This document shows positions 45,001 to 55,253 of a DNA stretch of 64,000 nucleotides, one piece after another. Origin of the DNA: Diplonema japonicum. Lineage: Eukaryota; Protista; Euglenozoa: Diplonemea. The stretch covers positions 124,001 to 188,000 of the forward strand of contig OZ025725.1 of assembly GCA_964019335.1 (NCBI GenBank), in the 5' to 3' direction. The position numbers and the translations under genes are program-made. The notes beneath the pieces are model-generated. The model was not told the DNA's origin. It saw nothing but the letters and a program-made list of their open reading frames with translations, and did no database searches. Numbering within the stretch: the stretch's first letter is position 1; each line of letters opens with the position of its first letter.

Positions 45001-48000
45001 TGACTCCTTCACGAAGGAGGTAACAGAGGCTCTTCTGCATGCAGCTGACGACCACATTCCGCTTTGCGGAGTGCGACGAGGCCCGACCCCCTGGTGGACG
45101 GCCGAACTCGAAGACGCTTTCGAAGAACGGAACGCCCTGCGGGATCGCTTCCTCAAGTCGGCTGAGACAGAGGATGACAGCGTAGCGGCGGTGTACAAGG
45201 CGAAGGTCAAAGAGGTGAATCAACTCTTGACCGAGTCGAAGCGCGCGGCCTGGGGTGAGATGGCGGCTGACCTCAGTCGGAGCAAGGACCTCGGGTCTGC
45301 GTTTAGGGCGGTGAAGAAGCTGGACGGCAGACACCGCAGACCGCACCTTCCCATTCTCGAGGGGAGGTTCGTGACGGACAAGGCGAAAGCCGACCGCCTG
45401 GGGGCTCACTTCGGCAAGCTCTACGGCCAGGGTGGTGATGGGGACGCGGCGGACGTAGCTCCTTCGACGAACGTGCTTGGGTGCCACGCCTTTACGGTGT
45501 ATGATCTCACCCGCGGTCTGGGAAGGATGAAGACACGCAGTGCAGCGGGTGATGATGGCATCTTCGCGGAGATGCTTCTCCACCTCGACCAACCCTCGCT
45601 CGGGGTTCTACTTCTGCTCCTCAATCGCTCATGGCAGGCGGGGATTGTGCCGGGTGCCTGGAAGAAGGGGGTGATTGTTCCAGTGGCGAAGGCAGGGAAG
45701 GACGCCACGTTGCTTGCATCGTACCGTCCCATATGTCTCACTAGCTGTCTTTGTAAGCTGCTTGAGAGGATGATAGAGGAGAGGCTTACCTTTCTCCTAG
45801 ACTCTAGCGCGTCGGGCGTTGAGGGTCTCCACGATAGCCAGGCTGGCTTCAGGAGGGGCCGCTCCACGGAGGAGCAGGTGGCGTCCCTGACCGGGTGTCT
45901 GTCGAGGAACAAAGACAGTCGGCGTCTGTCGGCTGCCCTGCTGTTTGACTTCTCATCTGCGTTTGACCTGGTTCAGCACGAAGCTCTCCTGGGCATGATG
46001 CGGAGGAAGGGGATCCCTGAGCCCTTCGTCGAATGGACGCGCTCCTTCCTCTGCGGTCGTACGGCGGCGGTCACGGTGGGTCGTTCGCGCGGGTCGACGA
46101 CGAAGGTGAGGAGAGGGGTGCCCCAAGGGTCTGTGCTGGGACCCGTCCTTTACACCATCTACGTCGACGAGCTAGCCAGGTTGCTGGTTGGGATGGCGGA
46201 CCTGTCGGTTCTTTATGCCGACGATGTTGCGGTGGTGGTCTCAGCCGGGCAGGGCGACCTGGCTGGTCTTGAGCGAGGGGCCCAGGCTGTGATGGACGCG
46301 GTTGAGGGCTGGTGTGGGAGACGGGGCATGCTGCTGAGCTCCAGCAAGTCGCAGGCAGTGTGCGTTCCCTATCAAAAGCGGCTTAAAGTCTACTTCTCTT
46401 CGTCGCGTGTCCCGCTTTGCCCGGGGGCCTTCCAGGACCCTGTCCTTAACCTTGGGGTTGGGGCCTGTGGGACCTTGTCTGGCGTCCGTGAGCTGTCTGG
46501 CTTTCGGGTCGTGGAGGCGGGTGGCAAACGGTCCTTCGACATTCCCGCCGCCATCCGGAGGTCCGACATTGGTTACATGGCGGCTCGCCCCCTACCTCTG
46601 TGTGGGTCGGCGAAGTATCTTGGGGTCACTGTAGACTCTGGGCTCACGTTTGACGAGCATGCGGGGGATGTCCTGAAGCGCGCTGACAAGAGGCTGAGGG
46701 TTCTAAGGCTCCTGTCGGGCACGGCCTGGGGGTGCAAGAAGGCCACGCTCCGATCTCTGTACCTCACGTACGTTCTCCCGCTACTCCGGTACTGCATGGG
46801 TGTTTACTTTGCCAGGCTCAGGGACAGCAGGGTGGAGGAGCTTGTTGGGCTCCACCAGAGAGCGGCGGTGCTGATCTCGGGTTGTTGGCACGGCTCGGGC
46901 ACGGCGAAGGCTGTTGCTGAGGCAGGACTGCTTCCCCTCCGACAGATGGCTGAGGGAGCTGCGGCGGTGTTGACGGCGAAGTCGTTCTGCTGGAGGACCT
47001 CCCCGGTTCACCGCGAGGTCCTTGAGCAGAAGCGGATGACCGGTATGGGCAATGGGTGGCTGCGTGCGGGTATCCTTGCGCTACGGCGCTGCGGACTGCA
47101 GGGATGGACGACGCAGGAAGGCTTCAGGAAGTACGACACCTTCGAGCTACTCACTGCCTCGCCCAAAGTAGCACCGTGGCATGCGATCCTGGTGGAGTTC
47201 AGAACTGCCCTTCCCGGCAGGGTCACGCGTTCGTCGCCGGACGTGGATAAGCGGAAGGCGGCCGTGGAGGCTCTGGCTGCCCTTCCACCGGGTATCCATG
47301 CCTATACGGATGGTTCTGTCGTACGGGACCGCCAGAGGTGGAGGGGCGGTGCCGGGGTCTACTTGCAGCTCCCCCGCCCCCACGAACCCGTGTCCGAGAG
47401 CTTCGGCGTCAGCAATTTCTGCTCTTCCTTTCGGGCGGAGGGTCTGGCTGTCAAGGTGGCTCTGGACATGGTGGCCGCGCTCCGGAGCGAGCACCCCACG
47501 TTGGCAGACAGCCGGCTGTCGATCTGTACCGACTCGCTCTCTCTCCTTGATCATCTGAGGGCAGGTCCTTCGCGGCAGAGGGAGAAGCTCGACCACGAGA
47601 CCTGGGAACTGCTGGTGGCCGCGGCACGTGCGCAAGGTGCACCAGTCATTCTCCAGTTTGTGCCGTCCCACTGCGGGGATCCTGGCAACGAGGCGGCAGA
47701 CAGGCTGGCCGGGGAAGGCACGAAGCGCGAGCTGACTCGCCCCTCTCTCGACTACAGGTCGGTCAGGGCCCTGGTCCGTCGCCAGATTCAGCAGAGGACT
47801 GCGGTCATTGTCGGGGAGGTGGCCCCGAGATACGCGAGGGCCACGGGGCTCCGAGCGGCGTGCTTCCCCCAGTCCCTCCCCAGGCTAGCGGAGACGGTCA
47901 TCTCGCGGCTGAGGGTAGGGCTCTCTTCTTTGGCTTCCTGCAGGCGGCTGGACCGAACAGGAAGAAGGCTGAGCTCAGCTGTCCAGCGTGTGGAGCACAG

Positions 48001-50774
48001 ATGTCCAGGGAGCACGTTGTTGGGGGGTGCGCTGTGGTTGGACGGGGTTCGCTCGACGCTCCCAATGGACGCCCCTCGCTGGTGGAGTGCCTGTCAAAAC
48101 GCGTGACGCAGGTATTCACCCTTATCGCCGACTCTGGCTTGCTTGACTGGGCCAGATCCGGGGTCTTCACGTCGCCGTCTGCGGCAACAGCAGGTACCGC
48201 TGCCCCTTCGTTCATCCCGCCCCCGCCGGCTGTCTCCCTTGACGCCGGCCCTGCGGCCCCCGTGTTGCGCTGAAGTGAGTAGGGTGAGATCAACTTTTCA
48301 ATTCTTTTAGTGCTTACGTTCCCTTCCCTTCTCTTTTCTTATGTTATCATCATCATCCGGCGTCTGGCCTTTCTCTTACCAGTATGCCCGTCCCCACTTT
48401 TAAATTTTTAAATTTTTAAAATTAACATCCTCTTGTTGCCGTGTGCCCTGACATTGTAGTCAAAAACGGATGGCCCGACCTACTCTGAAGTTGCCCTGAT
48501 GAGTCCTCTCATCTTCGCACGAACGAGTGTGGTACGGCCATCCCCTCCCCCCGCCTGCCGGAGTGCAGCGGGGAGAGCAAATACTTCCCCTATCATCCCC
48601 ATGCGCACACGCACACTCGCTTCCCCTTTTGATTTTGAGAGATTTTACTCTCACCCTTTCATGTTTCGCTCAATGGAGCAAATCCCTCTCGAGGGGGCGA
48701 CCGGGGCCAGTTCCGGTCACCAGAGGTCCCAGTTGAGAAAAACTACGAACTGGGGTAAGGTCCCCGTCCGAGTCACGTAGGTCTACGCGGCTTGGAATTA
48801 AAGTAATTCAGCCCTCTTCGGCTGTTCCAAACAGGTGCACGGGTTGGCGGAGTCCACAGCTCCATCTGATTGCAGAAGAACTGGTCTTCGCCCTCCCTGT
48901 TATATTTCCATGCTTCCCTTCACCTTTCCCCTTCCCAGGTGTTGCTCCCCCATGGTGGCACCTATTGGTATTTTGAAAAAAAAAAAAAAAAAAAATGGAG
49001 GGCAGAGTCCCTGGTAGTATAGAGGTCAGTATATCCTCCATGAGCTAACATGCGGATGACCCGGGTTCAACTCCCGGCTAGGGAAATTTTTAACAGCCTA
49101 CAATTTCTTTTAGGCAACTTTTTTCCACGCCCACGGTAACCCATAACTTTTCTCCACTCAGCCACAGGACCTTCCTTATTGTTATCTTTTTTAGTTGAAG
49201 GGCGCTTCTTGCCTGATGAACACAGCCCCTGGAGGAGTGGCAAGTTGAGTCCGAAACTGAGATGCCTAGTACTGCCACGAAAGTCCGGGAAGGCTTTATT
49301 CCCCGTGCAGCTCTTACGAGAGCAAAAATGATGTTCCTTTCACTGCATTCCATTTTGAATGGAGGGCGAACACTACGCTTGGTTTGAAGTGATATCCCTT
49401 TCCCCTTTCCCTTGAATTGTTTTCTCTACTCCCCATCGATCCTCCCGCCTGGTAGTGGAATATTTATTATTATTTTGAATGGAGGGCAGAGTCCCTCTCC
49501 TCCCCCCCACACACACACACACAAAACGGGCCAAAGAACGCCTCCCAAGAGATGGTCACGGATGGCCGGGAGGGCGCAGGACGCAGCACGAGGACGCTCC
49601 TGCGTTAAATCTCGAGGGGTTCGCCCCGCATGTAATCAGCCAAGTCGGCTGTCCCACGCAAGGGGAACGGAGAGCCGGAGGGATGGTCCAACCCCGTGGT
49701 GGCCCTCTCGATTCCTCCAGACAAAAGACTGGAGCACCCCCCCCCCCCCCCCCCCCCCAGTTTCCCCCCAGTGGTTATTATTGCAATATATATATATATA
49801 TATATATATGAGTTAAAGGAGGCCGGTGTTGGCGGCGCCCTGCACAAGAACTGTCTACTTGATTACAGGGGGCGCGCCGCGGCCGAGTTGTAGCTTCTTC
49901 TGCGTTCCGCGTCGTGTCCTTAATGCGTGCGGTGTACAGCTCAACCCCAGCCGGGGCGTCCCGGGTAACCAAGATTCTGCGCTCGTGCAGTTTGCTGCCT
50001 GTTCGTCACCCTGAGCATCTGCATTCCCTGGTAGTATAGAGGTCAGTATATCCTCCATGAGCTAACATGCGGATGACCCGGGTTCAACTCCCGGCTAGGG
50101 AATTTTTTAACAGCCCACAAATTTATGTATGTAAACTTCCTTTGGTTAGGGGCTCATTCCCATTCGCTTCTTCTTCATGCGTTGCAATTCCTTGTCCTCC
50201 ATGGTAATGTGGGCAACAGGAGGGAGGATCTTTATTCTTGTGCTGTTGTTTCGAGAGCACACATTCTCGGCCTTTTGGCGAAGATCAATGTGTAGTATTT
50301 ATCAGCTTAATATCTGATACAGCACCTCGTGTGCTGCGATAATAAACTATGCGTCAGGTCTTGTCTGGTCTGCCTCACTGATCTTTGTTTGCCTGCTATT
50401 TTATAGTGGAGAGTGCAACCTGGTTACTTACAGCTTGCGTAAATTGAATACACTTGGGAGAGGTTTGCCTTCCTCCTCTGGGAAGTTTTCTTGTAAATCT
50501 TGTGACCTTCCTTTGGGACCAACATGGGTTGGTGTCTGGCTTGATAAAGTAGTGAGCTGGTTTCCACAATGAAATTCTTGGTAGCAGTGGCAATGCCACT
50601 TCCCCCCCCTTCTAAACTCAACCCTCGGTTAATAATACAACTAACACAGCCTTATAGCCAAAACAAGAGAGGGAAGTACTTGCCATCGTACTACGAGGCT
50701 GTAGAGAAGCTGATCCAGGCGTACACAAGGATGTCAGAATTTAACCAGGTATGAAAAAAATATTGGAACAGCAA

Positions 50775-50812
<38 letters not shown>

Positions 50813-51551
50813 TGAAGCACTGTGGACAAAGGTATCGCAGAAGAGTATTGAACTTCCGGTCTCTGTGAAGAAAGCTTACTTGAGGAAGCTGACCGAGAAT
50901 GTCCAACCGGAGATTGAAAAGGCTGTGGATCTCATCGAGTCCTTCAAGCTTGAGGAGAAAGGTGAAGACATCTACGCGTTGATGATGACGGCATACTGCA
51001 AGAACGGAGACATGACAGAGGCGGAGAAGTACTGGAATCACCTCCCGAAAACCTCGCATAGGAACGGGAGAGGCTGGGTGGCGAACCGAATGATCACCGG
51101 GTACGCACAACAGGCCGTCAGGGATAAGCAAAGAGAGAACCCACTTGCACGCCACGAGATGTACGTTACAGGGGTCGAATCCGTGATAAAGAGAATTGAA
51201 GAGCTCGGCTCCAAGGTGCAATGGGACTCTGTCATCATAGGCCTCCGAAAGCTGTATACTAGTATTGCAGGCCCGCTCAGCAGCGGGACCCTCGACGAGA
51301 GAAAAGAGGCGAAAACCATGATGATAACCTACTCCGACACCGTCCGTGAAAAGTGCGGATACCCTGCAGACGGCACCAACCTCAAATGTACCGCTTTGGT
51401 TACATATCTCATACAACTGTATTTGGCTGTGGGCGACAAGACGCGTGCCAATAGCCTTGTCGGGTCTCTAGACAGGTCGACCATCCCACCCTACGTGGAT
51501 CTGAATCTAAAAAAATGCCTCCACGCACTCAGCGAGCGTAAAGACATATAA
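39016..51551 (+). CDS. Coiled-coil + PPR-like protein; short introns plus a 9930-nt intron (40720-50649)
   Basis: Phase-0 join ...STDIISD|PYSQNK (GTATGT...CTAACACAG); PPR-like LIQAYTRMSEFNQ|AEALW and YALMMTAYCKNGDMTEAEKYW. Confidence 0.68.
40887..40999 (+). mobile_element. Heavily deleted relic of an E1-type ORF2 3' end
   Basis: Colinear blocks match about 35970-36178 (CCTGTGATCGG, ACTCCCTCCCT, GAGACGCGTG, GACGTCACTGCACC, TCAAACGTGCC, CCTCCTCCGGTCTC). Confidence 0.75.
41575..41734 (+). pseudogene. RT fragment from a further, more distant non-LTR family
   Basis: HKMQSGFRKGHSTEE...LLFDLKGAFD versus E1 HDSQAGFRRGRSTEE...LLFDFSSAFD. Confidence 0.75.
41797..41831 (+). other. Retro-copied spliced-leader exon at the 5' end of E2
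   Basis: ACCAACGAAAAAGCTACAGTTTCTGTACTTTATTG; conserved euglenozoan SL 3' end and diplonemid-like 5' end; no GT donor follows. Confidence 0.9.
41846..43966 (+). pseudogene. E2 ORF1, frameshifts near 42660 and 43205
   Basis: Pieces match E1 ORF1 (WDLVPDTWDAPIYTN, LGVAHRKGWTVRCLPETEQRL). Confidence 0.85.
43967..48273 (+). pseudogene. E2 ORF2 (2A-like, APE, RT, RNase H, CCHC), frameshift near 47920
   Basis: Colinear with E1 ORF2; C-terminus continues in ORF 47860-48273. Confidence 0.88.
49008..49085 (+). ncRNA. tRNA-like gene copy 1 (Asp/Glu-type body, enlarged anticodon arm)
   Basis: Acceptor TCCCTGG/CTAGGGA, D arm GTAT/GTAT, T arm CCGGG-TTCAACT-CCCGG, oligo(T) after; anticodon arm 23 nt instead of 17. 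Confidence 0.8.
49855..50022. repeat. About 165-bp dispersed repeat, inverted copy of 55254-55418
   Basis: Near-identical reverse complement; ends 2 nt before tRNA-like copy 2. Confidence 0.85.
50025..50102 (+). ncRNA. tRNA-like gene copy 2, identical to copy 1
   Basis: 78/78 identity to 49008-49085; similar T-tract-AACAGCC 3' flank. Confidence 0.8.
50259..50398 (+). ncRNA. U2: U2 snRNA (variant or pseudogene)
   Basis: TTCTCGGCCTTTTGGC, AAGATCAA, GTGTAGTA branch-recognition sequence, stem IIa TATCAG/CTGATA, stem IIb CAGCAC/GTGCTG, followed by TTTT. Confidence 0.85.
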
Positions 51552-51728
51552 CAGGAATCCTGAGAGGAAGAAAAACAACAAAAAAAAAAAAAGAAGAAAA
51601 AAAAAGAAGAAGAAGAAGAAGAGTGCTTTCTTTCCCCCTTTTTTTTCTTTGCTTCGTTTCTTTTCTTTAAACCCCTTTTCCATGCTCGGTTTCAAGCTCC
51701 CTTAGATTTTTTCACACAGGAAAACCAC

Positions 51729-52701
51729 ATGAAGCGCGTCTTTGAAGAAGACGATGCTCCCAAGGCATGCCTTCCTCTTTACGGGGAAGAGGGGAACAAC
51801 GAAGAGGACGACGAGTCGCAGCCCCCCGCGGACGGGTTCGAGTACCTACGAAGAGTGAGGAAACAGGCGAAACTGTGCCCAAGCACGGTGGTGGCGAAAA
51901 ACCGCGACAAACACGTGGGAAAAGGTGGCCCAATCCAGATCAAAGGCGTCGGTGTGAACTTCTTGGAAAAACACATGGTGCCTGAAAAGGGATGGAGGAT
52001 GGCAACGCTAGCTCAATTTCGGGACATGAGAACAAAGTATGAAGAGATACGACCCCCTAGAGGCGCAAAACTGCCAAAGGCACCCCAAGGAGTCCCTGCC
52101 TCAAGAGATGGAAGCGAATGGAAAGCATTCTGCTTTGGAGGGAAGAACAAAGAACCGCACAAACCAGCCTTGGATGTGTTGCTTTCCTTGGAGCAAGTGA
52201 CCGTATCGTGGTTGGTGGTGTGCCACAAGAACTGGCTATGCAACTCCCCAGTGTTCCCTTCCCACTCATCGCTTCCTTACACAAGGGACGACCAAACTAT
52301 GTTAGCGGGGAAACAAGGTCACCACCTACGCATGGCGTATCAGGCTCTATGGGGGCATGGTGAAGGAGGCAGCATATCATGGCTGTACTCCCTTCTCGTC
52401 TGCCTTGAAGAGCCGCTTGTCCCTGCTGATCAAACCGCACTGGCCGAGTTGCTCTGGTCCCTCTGCCAGCTATGGAGACAGGTATTCATTCATCCCCCCT
52501 TTTTTTTGTTGACTCTTAATCCTCACACAGCTTGACGCTTGGGGGTACCTCAGCCGCCCTGCCACAACACCATCCCCGCCTCCTAAAGAACATCTCGACA
52601 CCTCTAAATTAATTGGCCTCGTCGCTACGCTTGTAACAGTGATCCACTGTTACTTCAAGCAGGGGTGCTCGGACGCCCTGTGGGAAAGAGACGTTCTGTG
52701 A
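51729..52701 (+). CDS. GEMIN2: Gemin2/SIP1 (SMN complex); intron 52482-52530
   Basis: PPADGFEYLRRVRKQAKLCPSTVVA, WLYSLLVCLEEPL, C-terminal YFKQ in exon 2. Confidence 0.82.
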
Positions 52702-52802
52702 GTGTTTTGACCCCCCGATTTACTTCCCCCCGTTCCCCCCCCAAAGAGCCGAGCACGTGTAGACAGGTGGGGAGGGAGCAAAAAAGCTCAGGAAACAGGA
52801 AG

Positions 52803-52844
<42 letters not shown>

Positions 52845-52862
52845 AACCACCCCGTTTTAAAA

Positions 52863-54086
52863 ATGATGGAAGGACCAACTGCAAGGCGGAAGCAGATTGA
52901 AAGGGACGATCTAAGGAGGGAGTTGGAGAGGCAGTTTTTCAAGGTTCAGCCAAAGAAGGTGGGCGATGTGCTGGCAAAGCATTGGGCGGGCAAGCTGGAC
53001 ATGACAGCGGTGAAGAAGGTGCTGACGGAAGAGCAAAGTGCAGTGTCTGCAGCTGAGTTCAAAGAGAAGAACGACAGCAGTACGGGGGGGAAGAAGATCA
53101 TCCTTTATGTGACGAACCAAACGGGCGACAGGCATGTTCGCTATAAGTGCAATAGGTTGAAGTTGTCGTTTACCTGTCTGAGGTTGGACTGGGAGGAAGT
53201 AGATGTGGCAGGGAACAGGTGGTTGAGGCAAAAGTTAGCTCAAGACGCGAAAGAAGATGAAATCCCCCTCACATTTGTGGGGATGGGTTCTGATGTATGG
53301 GAGAAAAAAAAATAATTCTTTTTTTTTTATGGCTCTATGTCTTTGTTGTTCGCACGAACAAAAAAGGTTTTTTGCTCGGCACAAGTTGCATATAAAAGGG
53401 AGAAAAAAAAAAATTAGCTATTTACTGCCAACAAGTAATGACTTTACCGTTACCTCGAGTGGTCGGTAAAGCATTACTTGGCGGTAGGTAAGTGGTTTTA
53501 TTTCACGACACTCTGAAATTACTTCACCACGAGGGGCACAACAGGGTGACAAGGGGTACAACAAGAGAGGGGTTACAAAGGTTACAATCAATACAAGTTG
53601 TTTTTCCTCCTTTTGTTGACTAAGAGCTGCCGCTGTCGCTGGCATTGCCACTGTCACCATCTCTAATCAGGCCTTCCCATACCTGGCGCGGCCGCTGGCT
53701 CCTTTTTTTCTGCTGCTTCGGTATTTTGAAGTCTTTTGGGGTGCTTGGGTAAGCTGACTAAGTTACCCTTACCCACAGAAGAGTTACCGACAGAAACTGG
53801 GAACAAGGCCTAGCCAAAAGTGGGCAAATTGGGAGGAAAAAGTAGTCCAACTTGGAACTGAGCCGAGGCAAAAGTTGGCCAATTGAACTGAACCTGGGGG
53901 AAATTAGCAAACTGAGAGGAAAAAGTAGCCCCACTGGGAACCGAACCGAGGCAAAAATTGGCCTACCGAGGCATATTATTTACTATTGCTTCACGGAAAA
54001 CAGGCCATTGTTTCACCGTGAAGTAATGAGATTTAGCGTGAAGTAATGGGCCCCCCAGTGCGTGAAGTAATTTCTGAAGAGTGAAA

Positions 54087-54125
<39 letters not shown>

Positions 54126-54213
54126 AGGGAAAGTTTGCAGGCACCTATGACGAACTGCTTTCTATCATCGACGACGGCAAAATCTACGATCACTTCCGGA
54201 AGCTGGGGTCTGG

Positions 54214-54258
<45 letters not shown>

Positions 54259-54336
54259 AGGTACAAGCACCCCCATAAAAAATGCAAGCATTTCGTCTTC
54301 TCTGGAGATACCTCTAGGATAAAGGTGGCTGAATAG
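52863..54336 (+). CDS. SH3BGR/glutaredoxin-like protein; introns 53295-54127 and 54208-54260
   Basis: KIILYVT...EEVDV...LRQKL...IPLTFV|GKFAGTYDEL; fold completed across the intron. Confidence 0.72.
53500..54088. mobile_element. Putative non-autonomous TIR element inside an intron
   Basis: CACTCTGAAATTACTTCAC (53509-53527) versus GTGAAGTAATTTCTGAAGAGTG (54062-54083); three CGTGAAGTAAT copies; internal duplication 53824-53880/53907-53963. Confidence 0.55.
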
Positions 54337-55253
54337 ATTTTTTTTTTGTTGTTTTTTTCTATGTTTCTTGTTTAGCTTGTCCCCCTTTCTTTCTCAATAT
54401 CTCTCCACTATGTATGCACGGGTTCTGTGATGTGATGGTTATGTTGCCTTGTCCCCCCCCTCCCCTACTTTTTTAAGGTCGGTTCTGGTTTCACAAAAAA
54501 AAAAAAAAAAAAAAAAAAAAAAGAAAAACCTAGTGTGTATTGCTTGAGGTTCCAAGCCCCTCACCTCCTTTTCTTAAAATCTTTTTTTTATCTTTTGTAT
54601 TTTTCATCCCTTGCATTTTCTTTCCCTTCATGAGGTGGAGAAAGAAAAAAAAAAGAAGAAGGAAAAAGAGGGAGGGGAAAAAAAAAAGAAACGAAAGGAC
54701 TGGAAAGATCGATTCGTGCGCACACATTCTTGTTTTTTTTTTCCCCCCATTTTTTCTTTTTCATTTGGTTTTCCCCTATCCCCCCCTTTTATTTCATTCT
54801 TTTTCTCCTTAGATCCACCCCCTTCCCCCCCCCCTTTTTTTTGGTGCTGTAAATAAAAAGAGGGAAAAGAAGTGAGAAAAAAATAGAGAAAATGTAGGTC
54901 AAAAAAGAAATTCTTCCCCCTCCCCCCGATTCTCCGCTCGGAGATCTTCCGTATTTTGCCTTTTTCTTCATCCCTTATCGATTTGAGGGAAAGCCCCCCC
55001 CCCCCCCCCCCCCCACGCCTGCAAAGCACCGATAGAAGCCTTCATCCTCGATCATCAAGTTCCGAGGAGGAGTTTAGGAAAAATGAAAAAAAAAAAAACC
55101 CCCGTTCAGCCATGCCTGCATCTTTTTTCCTTCATTTCATCTTTTTTAGGGTGGTGGGGATAACATGGAAATATAAGAAGTACATCAGATGTGTTGTTCG
55201 CTGTTGACCTCCACGTCGCCATCACCGGTAGCGCCCGAGTGGAAGAACGTAAC

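Larger units (their letters stand above)
41797..48995 (+). mobile_element. Non-LTR retrotransposon E2 (E1 family), full length, three frameshifts, upstream of a tRNA-like gene
   Basis: TSD AATGGAGGGCAGA at 41785-41797 and 48994-49006; SL at 5' end; GGTATTTTG plus A20 at 3' end. Confidence 0.95.

Noticed and set aside
48497-48530. CTGATGAG...GAA hammerhead-like core in the E2 3' UTR
   Set aside because: Stem II does not form, GAAA is absent, and it is not conserved in E1
49038-49052. CTA in the tRNA-like loop as an amber suppressor for element A
   Set aside because: No 7-nt loop with U33 centred on CUA, and the CARYYA context needs no dedicated suppressor
49278-50160. GAAAGTCC and GGGGCTCATTC resembling RNase P/MRP P4 strands
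   Set aside because: About 860 nt apart with repeats and a tRNA-like gene between them; pairing is poor
50259-52701. U2 next to Gemin2 as a functional snRNP cluster
   Set aside because: A single adjacency in a functionally mixed cluster; cannot be told from chance without synteny data
53810-54070. CRISPR-like spaced repeats
   Set aside because: Only 2-3 degenerate units, irregular spacing, eukaryotic context and no cas genes
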